Source: an uncultured bacterium
Lineage (GTDB): Bacteria; Krumholzibacteriota; Krumholzibacteriia; LZORAL124-64-63
DNA length: 64,000 nt
Reading direction: 5' to 3'
Assembly (NCBI GenBank): GCA_963732385.1
Contig: CAVSZB010000003.1
Span: 224,001 to 288,000, forward strand
Shown here one piece after another: positions 35,175 to 43,213 of this stretch. The notes under the pieces are model-generated. The model ran no database searches, was not told the origin of the DNA, and saw only the letters and a list, made by a program, of their open reading frames with translations. Position numbers and translations under genes: made by a program. Positions within the stretch are counted from its first letter, which is position 1; every line of letters begins with the position of its first letter.

Positions 35175-35831
35175 TCAGTCGCCGGCGCCTGGATACGGAC
35201 CCAGCAGGGCCCGCAGCGCGGCCGCGTGGCGGCCCAGGCTCGCGCTCTCGTCGAGGTCGGCCGGCTCGCGGACCTGGATCTCCAGGTCGGCGAGGGCCAG
35301 CCGGCGCCAGGCTTTCGTTTCGCTCCGCTCGCGGATGGCCAGGCTCGCGGTCAGCTCCTCCAGCGTGTCGAGCAGGCGGCGCAGGAGGGGGCCGAGGTCG
35401 CCGAGGTCGGGCGGGGGCGGCGCGTACGGCGCGCGGTCCTCCCAGACGGTGTTGCCGACCGAGGCCATGCCGCACATCAACGGCTTCGCGTTGTCGAGCC
35501 GCTGCGGCAGCAGCTCGTCGGTGTCGATGATCTGCAGCTGCGCCATGTCCGAGGTGAGGCGCATGGCGCCTTCGTTGCCGAGGGCGTCCATCGTCTGGCG
35601 CATCTCGTCGAGCGTGAGGGCGCGGTTGGCCGGCTTCACGCGGATCTCCTTCAGGTGCCGGATCAGCAGCAGGCGGTCGAGGGTGGCCTGGCCGTAGACC
35701 GCGGCGGCGCCGCGGCTTTCGGCGCCGGGCGCCAGCTTCTGGGCGAGGTAGAAGCGGATCTGGCGCTCCGGGAAACCGGTCTGCTCGACCAGCTCCGACA
35801 TCCTGTATTTCCCGTCCCCGGACAGCAGCAT
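35175..35831 (-). CDS. MerR-like HTH transcriptional regulator
   Basis: YRMSELVEQTG..ERQIRFY...Y....LDRLLLIRHLK...LTLDEMR. Confidence 0.8.
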   Translation of the reverse strand: MLLSGDGKYRMSELVEQTGFPERQIRFYLAQKLAPGAESRGAAAVYGQATLDRLLLIRHLKEIRVKPANRALTLDEMRQTMDALGNEGAMRLTSDMAQLQIIDTDELLPQRLDNAKPLMCGMASVGNTVWEDRAPYAPPPPDLGDLGPLLRRLLDTLEELTASLAIRERSETKAWRRLALADLEIQVREPADLDESASLGRHAAALRALLGPYPGAGD

Positions 35832-35872
35832 GGGTCCTCCCGAATTCCGGCCCGTGAGCGATGACGACAGTT

Positions 35873-35901
35873 AATCTACACTCGACGGTGTCTAGTGTCA
35901 A
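35873..35901 (-). promoter_or_regulatory. sigma70 promoter of the MerR-VWA unit
   Basis: Minus strand TTGACA - 17 nt - TAGATT, with repeated GACAC/GTGT half-sites. Confidence 0.7.
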
Positions 35902-35942
35902 TATAAATGTTCGGCTGGGATCGCATTATGGCTTAAGAGACT

Positions 35943-36602
35943 TCATGACAAGCCATTGCGCAGCCAGATGGCCGCCTCGGCCAGCATTTGCTGCACGAGC
36001 GTCCAGCCCGCGCGGCGCCGGTCGGCCCGGAAGCCCCGCGCCTCGTCCAGGTAGAGGCTCTTCTCCACCTCGATCATGACCGACTGCAGCCGGGGGTCGT
36101 GCGCGGCCCAGAAACTCGACGGGACGTAGCTGCCGGCGAAAGGGGCGTTGGGGAGCCAGGCGATGTCGCGCAGGGGGCCGGCGCGCCAGGCTGCGATGAG
36201 GGCGTAGGGGTCGTAGTGCTTCGCCATCAGCGCTGCGCGGGCGGCGGGGGGGAAGTCGGGGGCGCGCAGGTCGTCGCCATCGACCGTGCGCAGGCGGACG
36301 GCGCCCATGCCGCTGGCGGCCATCGACTCGTCGGCGTCGTTGCGGAAGCGCTCGGGGTCGATCACCAGGCGGCTCAGGCGGTTCACGAACAGGGTGGCGC
36401 CGAGGGCGCGGGCGGGGTCGAACAGGCGGTCGGTGAGGTGGTCGGTGATCGTGGCGAGCTCGCGGTCGACCTGTGCGGGCGTCGCCGTGAACGCGCGGCG
36501 GACGGCGGCCGGGATGGCGCGCGACGCGTGCGGGATGTGCACGATCAGCGGCAGCGCGGAGCCGCCGGTGGGGGGCAGGATCTCGAAGCCTCGGGTGTTC
36601 AC
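35943..36602 (-). pseudogene. N-formylglutamate amidohydrolase family gene, apparently internally deleted
   Basis: VHIPHAS, TDHLTD, SRLVIDPERF, GMGAV, N.PFAGSYVP, SVMIEV; the central D.HS segment appears to be absent. Confidence 0.6.
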
Positions 36603-36710
36603 GACGCGGACCTCCTGGATGGGGGCTGCGCCGGGGGGCGGTCTGCGGATGAAAAGACCCGAACGCGGCACAGCGTTCGGGCTCGCGTCGGCGAACCGCT
36701 GTCCCGGCCG

Positions 36711-36762
36711 TTTTAGCTCGTTGTTTAGCGTGGCGGCAAGCTGGCCGGCTCAAATCGCCACG
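36711..36762. repeat. 52-bp direct repeat, copy 2
   Basis: ttttagctcgttgtttagcgtggcggcaagctggccggctcaaatcgccacg. Confidence 0.9.
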
Positions 36763-36872
36763 AGGCATTCAGGTTAGTGGGGGTGGGGGGGGAACGTCAA
36801 GGCGGTGGGCCGGCAAACTGGCGCGCGGGATGGCCCGACTTGCGCCGGGGCAAGTCCGTGGCGCGGGGCGCG

Positions 36873-36915
36873 GCGTCGCCAATTCTCTCACAGCTTGTGA
36901 GAGAATTGGCGACGC
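36873..36915. repeat. Perfect palindrome (20-bp arms) upstream of the DUF1016 gene
   Basis: gcgtcgccaattctctcaca-gct-tgtgagagaattggcgacgc. Confidence 0.92.
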
Positions 36916-37105
36916 GCCTAGGTGACGCCAAACCAGCCCATGCCTCCAACCAGTGTCGGCCAGACGCGAAGGTGACGCGCGCTGGAGTCGCACTTCCGGC
37001 GGTGACCGGGTGGTGCGGCAGCTGCAGCGCCCTCGTGGGTGCCAGATGGCGGTCGTCACCGCATTTCAGGGGATCTGGCATGAATGACGCTTTTGGCGTT
37101 CCGGC

Positions 37106-38227
37106 ATGGAGGGCGGGAATCGCATTCAGAGAAGCGCGCCGGGGCTGCGCGAGGTCGGAGCAGACGCCGGCCTTCCGGAGGATTATCGGGCGGTGCTCGA
37201 GGATATCCGCGCGCGCATCCGGACCGCAAAGGTCGGGGCGGCGCTGTCGGTCAATCGGGAGCTGGTCCGGCTGTACTGGGAGATCGGGGAGCTCATTGTC
37301 CGGCGACAGGATGACGCCGGGTGGGGGCGGGCGGTCATCGAGCGGCTGGCGGCGGACATCCAGCAGGCGTTTCCTGGGCTGAAGGGGTTTTCGCGCCAGA
37401 ACATCTGGCGGATGCGAGCCTTCCATGTTGCGTGGAGTGGACCGCGCCCAATTCTCGCACAGCCTGTGCGAGAATTGGCGAAAGGGGAGCTGCCCCCGCT
37501 GCTGCTTGAAATTCCATGGGGACACAACATACTGCTAATGCAGCAGTTAAAGGACAGAACGGAGCGACTTTGGTACGCCCACCAGACCATTGTCAACGGC
37601 TGGTCCCGCTCCATGCTCCAGCACTGGATCAGGTCCGGACTGTATGCCCGCCAGGGTTCGGCGGTCACGAACTTCGAAACCACGCTGCCGCCTCCGCAGT
37701 CGGACCTCGCCCGACAGATCGTGCGTGATCCCTACAGCTTTGACTTCCTCACCTTGCGCTCCGACGCCGCGGAGCGCGAGCTGGAGCGGGGCCTGCTGGC
37801 CAACATGCGCCGGTTCCTGCTCGAATTGGGCACGGGTTTCGCGTTCGTCGGGCAGCAGGTTCCGCTCGAAGTCGACGGCGAGACGTTCTACCTCGATCTC
37901 CTGTTCTATCACCTGACGCTGCGCTGCTTCGTCGTGATCGAGCTCAAGACAGCGCGGTTCCGGCCCGAGTTCGCCGGCAAGATGAACTTCTACCTGTCGG
38001 CGGTGGATGATCGGCTGCGGCATCCGGAGGATCGGCCCAGCCTCGGTCTCATCCTCTGCCGCTCGCGCAGCCGGGTGATCGCGGAATACGCGCTCCGGGA
38101 CCTGAACAAGCCGATCGGGGTGAGTCGCTGGGCCACGCGACTCGTTCCGGAACTGCCCGCCGAGTTGCGCGGCGTCCTGCCGAGTCCGGAACAGATCACG
38201 GATGGACTGGGGCCGCGTGGCGTGTAA
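37106..38227 (+). CDS. yhcG: DUF1016/YhcG family PDDEXK nuclease-domain protein
   Basis: VNRELVRLYWEIG, GFSRQNIWRMR, PWGHN, GWSR, DPYSFDFL, FLLELGTGFAFVG, DLLFYH, VIELK, GKMNFYLSAVD. Confidence 0.92.
   Translation: MEGGNRIQRSAPGLREVGADAGLPEDYRAVLEDIRARIRTAKVGAALSVNRELVRLYWEIGELIVRRQDDAGWGRAVIERLAADIQQAFPGLKGFSRQNIWRMRAFHVAWSGPRPILAQPVRELAKGELPPLLLEIPWGHNILLMQQLKDRTERLWYAHQTIVNGWSRSMLQHWIRSGLYARQGSAVTNFETTLPPPQSDLARQIVRDPYSFDFLTLRSDAAERELERGLLANMRRFLLELGTGFAFVGQQVPLEVDGETFYLDLLFYHLTLRCFVVIELKTARFRPEFAGKMNFYLSAVDDRLRHPEDRPSLGLILCRSRSRVIAEYALRDLNKPIGVSRWATRLVPELPAELRGVLPSPEQITDGLGPRGV
37448..37478. repeat. Intragenic perfect palindrome in the DUF1016 linker
   Basis: ccaattctcgcacag-c-ctgtgcgagaattgg, encoding PILAQPVRELA. 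Confidence 0.92.
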
Positions 38228-38642
38228 GGGCTGGACCGGTCAGGTGAAACGCAACAAGGGACGCTTTCCTGCAGACTTCATGTTCGAGCTGACGGGAGAC
38301 GAGACGGCAGAGGTGGTCGCAAATTGCGACCACCTCTCCAAGTTGAGGTATTCCAAGGCGTTGCCGTGTGCGTTCACGGGACACGGCGCCATCATGGCCG
38401 CGAGCGTGCTCAAATCGCAGCAGGCGGTCGAAATGAGCGTGTTCGTGGTGAGGGCATTCGTGAAACTCCGTCAAGCGGTGCTCCAGCACGCGGAGTTGTG
38501 CCGGCGACTGGACGATTTGGAGCGCCAGTTCGGCTCGCACGACCGGCAGATCGTGGCTCTGGTGGAGGCGATCCGGCGCCTGATGAGTCCGGCGGCCGTA
38601 CCCAGGCGTCGACGGATCGGTTTCGGGGTTGGCGAGCCTTAA
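38202..38642 (+). pseudogene. ORF6N-domain DNA-binding protein, N-terminally truncated
   Basis: VKRN..RFPADFMFEL, P.AFT.HGAIMAASVL, VVRAFVKLR, RRRIGF; the usual N-terminal segment is missing. Confidence 0.75.
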
Positions 38643-38818
38643 TAAGCGCCCCAACGACCCGCCAGGCCCACCCACGCCGAGCCCGACCGCAGCGTGACAG
38701 TTGGCGTTGGCCACGCCGCCGCCAAACGTGGACCTGAGTTTGTCGGCCGAGCCCGGCGCCATGATGATGTGGCCGCCCTGATGCGGTGGCCATGGCGATT
38801 GTTTTCGATTATTCAAAC

Positions 38819-38977
38819 AATCGCTAATAACGTCCTGGTCTATTATCGCGGTCGCAAGCAATGGTGGCCATGGCGCTTGGGGGGTGTGCCGACGGCCGGT
38901 GCAGCATGAGTGGGATTGTTGTTTGCGTTTTTGTGTATAATCGCTAATAATGTTCGGGGCTGTTATCGCGGTCGCAA
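38819..38977 (+). promoter_or_regulatory. Two 39-bp direct repeats (120-bp period) upstream of fic, overlapping an extended -10
   Basis: aatcgctaataa..ttatcgcggtcgcaa at 38819 and 38939 (34/39 identical); TGnTATAAT ending at 38941. Confidence 0.7.
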
Positions 38978-38989
38978 ACGAGGGAAGCT

Positions 38990-40141
38990 ATGGCTTTGGC
39001 GCCAAAACAGAAACGCCGGCCGAATGGTCGCCTGGTTCACGGGCCCGGGGGCTATCGGGCCTATGTGCCGGGGGCGCTGCCGCCGCCCATTGCCTGGGAC
39101 GAGCGGCTGGCCGGCGCGCTATCGGCTGCGGACCGGGCGGTAGGGCGGCTGGCCGGGGAGGGACGTCGGCTGCCGAACCCGCATCTGCTGATCCGACCGT
39201 TTCTGCGGCGGGAGGCGGTGCTTTCCAGCCGCATCGAGGGGACGCAGGCGACGATCGGGGAGTTGCTCGCCTCCGAAGCGGGGGCGGTGGTCGAGCGGAG
39301 TCCGGCCGATTTGCGTGAGGTCGCCAACTACGTGGTCGCGCTCGAGTATGGGGTCGAGCGGTTGCGCACCTTGCCGCTGTCGTTGCGGCTCGTGCGCGAA
39401 CTGCACGGGAAGCTCCTGCTCGGCGTGCGCGGGGAAGTGGCCACGCCGGGGGAGTTCCGGCGGAGCCAGAACTGGATCGGGCCGGCCGGATGCACTCTGG
39501 CCGACGCCACCTATGTGCCGCCTCCAGTCGATGAACTGATGGGGTGTCTCGGCGCGTGGGAGACGTTCCTTCACGACAATTCGCTGCCGCCACTTGTCCA
39601 TGCGGCGCTCGTGCATTCGCAGTTCGAGGCGATCCATCCGTTTCTTGACGGCAACGGACGGGTCGGGCGGCTGCTCGTCACGCTGCTGCTGGTCGCGAAG
39701 GAGATCCTGCCGTCGCCCCTGCTCTACTTGAGCGCCTGGTTCGAGGCTACGCGCCAGGAGTACTACGCGCGCCTGCTGGCGGTAACCGAGAAGGGCGAAT
39801 GGGAAGAGTGGCTCGAGTACTTCCTGGTCGGGGTGGCGCAGCAGGCGGAGGACGCGCTCGACCGGGTGCGGCGGATCGATGACCTGCTCCTGCTCTGGCG
39901 GGAGCGGCTCGCGAAGGCTCCGTCCCGGGTACCGGAGAAGGCGCTCGAACTGTTCGCCGAGAATCCGTTCCGGAGCGTCAACAATGTGGCGGCACGTCTC
40001 GGTGTGGCGTTCACGACGGCCCAGCGCGCGATCGACCGGCTGGAGGCGGCCGGCATGGTCGCGCTGGCCGGCGAGGCGAAGCGCAATCGGGTCTACTGCG
40101 CGCGCGCCATCCTGGAGATCCTGGAGGAGTCGCCGAGATAG
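38990..40141 (+). CDS. Fic family protein (Fic-N + Fic + HTH)
   Basis: EAVLSSRIEGTQ, PGEFRRSQNWIG, HPFLDGNGRVGR. Confidence 0.93.
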   Translation: MALAPKQKRRPNGRLVHGPGGYRAYVPGALPPPIAWDERLAGALSAADRAVGRLAGEGRRLPNPHLLIRPFLRREAVLSSRIEGTQATIGELLASEAGAVVERSPADLREVANYVVALEYGVERLRTLPLSLRLVRELHGKLLLGVRGEVATPGEFRRSQNWIGPAGCTLADATYVPPPVDELMGCLGAWETFLHDNSLPPLVHAALVHSQFEAIHPFLDGNGRVGRLLVTLLLVAKEILPSPLLYLSAWFEATRQEYYARLLAVTEKGEWEEWLEYFLVGVAQQAEDALDRVRRIDDLLLLWRERLAKAPSRVPEKALELFAENPFRSVNNVAARLGVAFTTAQRAIDRLEAAGMVALAGEAKRNRVYCARAILEILEESPR

Positions 40142-40180
40142 CCACCGGCGGTGGCAGCCGGGAACCGGCTGGCGGCAGGT

Positions 40181-40222
40181 AAACAAAACCGGCCGCCGGA
40201 TCCCGGGACCCGGCGGCCGGTT
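40181..40222 (-). terminator. Intrinsic terminator between the convergent fic and DUF35 genes
   Basis: 13-bp stem aaccggccgccgg/ccggcggccggtt with a T-tract on the minus strand. Confidence 0.7.
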
Positions 40223-40239
40223 CAGGCGCGGAGCGCGTT

Positions 40240-40643
40240 TTACACGGTCACCAGCGGAACGAACTTGTAGCCGTAGCAGAGGATGCCCGACTCGCCGTCC
40301 TGCTGGAGGCGGCGGAACTCCCGGCGGACGCGATCGCCGATGGCCAGGGATTCGGGGTCGCAGTCGACGACCTGGGCGGTGATCTTCACGCCGTCGTCCA
40401 GCCTGATGATCGCCACGGCATATGGGGCCTCGTCGCCGAAGCCGCTGGGGGCCACGCGGATGATGGTGAAGGTCTCGATGACTCCGTCCTGGGCCAGGAT
40501 GACCCTGGTGAACTCCTGTCCCCGGCACGCGCTGCAGACCAGGCGGGGGGGAAGAAGATCTTGCCGCATTTCACGCACTTCGCCGCCTCGTAGCGGTAGC
40601 GCTGGGGAACCTCTCGCCAGTAGCGTGCGGATCCGATGGTCAT
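40240..40643 (-). CDS. DUF35 Zn-ribbon/OB-fold scaffold protein; frameshift in the G-run near 40548
   Basis: RYWRE.PQRYR..KCVKCG..FPP/RLVCSAC...G.IETFTII..PYAVAII.LDDG..YGYKF. Confidence 0.85.
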
Positions 40644-40652
40644 GATCTCCTC

Positions 40653-41810
40653 CTACGCACGATCAAAGATGTGAATGACCGTGCTGGCCCCGGTCCCGCC
40701 CATGTTCTGGGTCAGCCCCAGGCGCGCGTTCTTGACCTGGCGGTCGCCCGCCGTGCCGCGGAGCTGAACGACGGCCTCGCGAACCTGCGCGATCCCGGTG
40801 GCGCCGACCGGATGGCCCTTCGATTTGAGCCCGCCCGAGGCGTTCACCGGAATCTTGCCGCCGAGCGCGGTCAGGCCCGACTCCGCCGCCAGGCCGCCCT
40901 TGCCGCGGTCGCACAACCCCAGCGCCTCGATGACCATGATCTCGGCGATCGTGAAGCAGTCATGCACTTCGCAGAAAGAGAGGTCCTGCGGGCCGATGCC
41001 GGCCTGCTTGTAGGCCGCCGCGGCCGCGGTGGCGGTGGAGGCGATCCAGGCCAGGTCCTCCCGGTCGTGCAGGGCGATCGTGTCGGTCGCGTGGGCGGAG
41101 GCGGCCACCCGGATGAGCGGACCCTTGGTGATCTTCCGGGCCAGCTCGACCGGCGCCAGGACCACCGCGGCCGCGCCGTCGGTGATCGGAGAGCAATCCA
41201 GAATGCGCAGCGGATCGGCCACCAGGACCGACTCCATCACCTGCTCAGCCGTCACCTTCATCGGGAACTGCGCCAGCGGGTTCATCGAGCCATGGAGGTG
41301 GTTTTTGACCGCGACCTCCGCCAGCTGCCGGCGGGTGGTCCCGTAGCGGTGCATGTGCACGCGCGCCATCATCGCGTAGAGACCGGGGAAGGTGATCCCC
41401 TGATAGCATTCGTATTCCTGGTCGGCCGCGGTGGAGAGGGCGTAGGTGGCCGCGCCGCCGTCCACGTCGGTCATCTTCTCCAGGCCGGAGGCGAGGACGA
41501 GATCGTGGGCTCCCGAGGCCACCGCCAGATAGGCCTGGCGGAACGCCAGCCCGCCCGAGGCGCAGGCCGACTCCACCCGGGTCCCCGGAATCGGTCCCAT
41601 GCCGAGCTGTTCGGCCAGGAGCGCGCCCAGGTGTTCCTGACCCATGAAGAGACCGCCGCTCATGCAGCCGACGTACATGGCGTCGATCCGGTCCACGCCT
41701 GCGTCCTTGATCGCCTCGAGTGCGGCCTCGGTCCAGATCTTCCGGTGGGACTTCTCCCACAGTTCTCCCCACCGGTTCATCCCGATGCCAATGACAGCTA
41801 CCTCACGCAT
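40653..41810 (-). CDS. Archaeal-type acetyl-CoA acetyltransferase (thiolase)
   Basis: [43 protein letters not shown]. Confidence 0.92.
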   Translation of the reverse strand: MREVAVIGIGMNRWGELWEKSHRKIWTEAALEAIKDAGVDRIDAMYVGCMSGGLFMGQEHLGALLAEQLGMGPIPGTRVESACASGGLAFRQAYLAVASGAHDLVLASGLEKMTDVDGGAATYALSTAADQEYECYQGITFPGLYAMMARVHMHRYGTTRRQLAEVAVKNHLHGSMNPLAQFPMKVTAEQVMESVLVADPLRILDCSPITDGAAAVVLAPVELARKITKGPLIRVAASAHATDTIALHDREDLAWIASTATAAAAAYKQAGIGPQDLSFCEVHDCFTIAEIMVIEALGLCDRGKGGLAAESGLTALGGKIPVNASGGLKSKGHPVGATGIAQVREAVVQLRGTAGDRQVKNARLGLTQNMGGTGASTVIHIFDRA

Positions 41811-41829
41811 GGTCGTATTTCCTCCGCAC

Positions 41830-42882
41830 TCAGTCCGCCAGCTTGCGGATCTTGCCCCGGAACTTGGCGTACTTGCCATAATCGACATAGATCGGACGGT
41901 CCTCCAACTGAGCGCGCGTCTGGGGAGCGAGCTTCTGCACCTCCAGGATGCGATCGGTCACCCGCCACATGAAGCCGTCGCTGCCGGCGCCGGAGCCGTA
42001 GCTGACCATCAGAATGCGGTCGCCCGGTTTGGCCACGTCGAGGATCGCGGTCAGTCCCATGGGGGAGGAGCCCGAGTAGGTGTTGCCCAGGGTCGGGCTG
42101 AGCCAGCCCTGCTCCACCTGCCCCTTGGCGAAACCGAGCTCCTGCGCCGCGCGCTGGGGGAACTTGCCGTTGGGCTGGTGGAATACGGCCCACTGGATAT
42201 CCTTCGGGCCGCGTCCCGTGCGCTCCATCATCGTGCGCGCGCAGGTGAGGACGTGCTTGAAATAGGAAGGCTCGCCGGTGAAGCGGCCGGCGTGCCGGGG
42301 ATAGAACTGGTATTCCCGGCGCCAGAAGTCCGGCGTATCGGTCATGAACGCATAGGTGTCCTCGCAGACCGCGACGACCCTCTCGCGCCCCATGATGAAG
42401 GCGGCCGCACCGGCCGAAGCGGAATACTCGAGGGCGTCTCCCGGGGCTCCCTGCGAGGTGTCGGCCCCGATCGCGAGGGCGTAATCCATCTGCCCGGCCT
42501 TGACCAGAGAGAGCGCGACGAACATCCCCTCGCTTCCGGCCTTGCACGCGAACTCCATGTCGGCGCAGTGGATATCCGGCGTCGCGCCGAGGGCCTCGGC
42601 CACGACGGTGCCGCTCGGCTTCACCGCGTAAGGATGCGATTCCGAGCCCACGTAGATGGCGCCGATGGCGGCCGGGTCGATGCCGGCCCGCCGCACGGCG
42701 TGCCGCGCGGATTCGACCGACATCGTGATCGTGTCCTGGTCCGGCGCCGGGACCGACTTCTCCCGGAGCATCAGCCCTTTCTTGTACGAAGGTGCATCCG
42801 CGCCCCAGACCTTGGCGATCTCCTCGACCTTGATCCGATGCCGCGGCACGTACGCTCCGTACCCAACGATGCCGACCTCCAT
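41830..42882 (-). CDS. Archaeal-type hydroxymethylglutaryl-CoA synthase
   Basis: [64 protein letters not shown]. Confidence 0.92.
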   Translation of the reverse strand: MEVGIVGYGAYVPRHRIKVEEIAKVWGADAPSYKKGLMLREKSVPAPDQDTITMSVESARHAVRRAGIDPAAIGAIYVGSESHPYAVKPSGTVVAEALGATPDIHCADMEFACKAGSEGMFVALSLVKAGQMDYALAIGADTSQGAPGDALEYSASAGAAAFIMGRERVVAVCEDTYAFMTDTPDFWRREYQFYPRHAGRFTGEPSYFKHVLTCARTMMERTGRGPKDIQWAVFHQPNGKFPQRAAQELGFAKGQVEQGWLSPTLGNTYSGSSPMGLTAILDVAKPGDRILMVSYGSGAGSDGFMWRVTDRILEVQKLAPQTRAQLEDRPIYVDYGKYAKFRGKIRKLAD

Positions 42883-42967
42883 ACTTCGCACTCCTTGCGG
42901 AGCCGGCGCTCCGCGGTTGGTCGTTCAACGGAACTCAAAAAAAGGCGCAACCACCATCGGGTCAGCC

Positions 42968-42996
42968 AGCATAAAGCGAATTCGGGGGAAAGGCAA
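42968..42996 (-). promoter_or_regulatory. Putative sigma70 promoter for the HMGS operon
   Basis: Minus strand TTGCCT - 17 nt - TATGCT. Confidence 0.5.
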
Positions 42997-43213
42997 TTCA
43001 ACCGCGGATTCTCGACCCTTTTCACCGTCTGGAGGCCGGATGCTATCATTGCCGGCCGTTTGGTGTCAATCGCGCGGTGAGGCCGGCCACGGCCGCAGTC
43101 CTTCGCGGGTTGCACATCGCGCCGCCGGGACGCTTGTTTGAGTGTCGTGGCGCCGTCAGTTGGGGCAGTTCCTGTCCGGATTACGGCGGCCACCGCCAGT
43201 CTGGAGGCTCCCC

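Noticed and set aside
38580..38591. Hammerhead ribozyme core CTGATGAGTCC
   Set aside because: No matching GGACGAAA stem follows, and it lies in coding sequence
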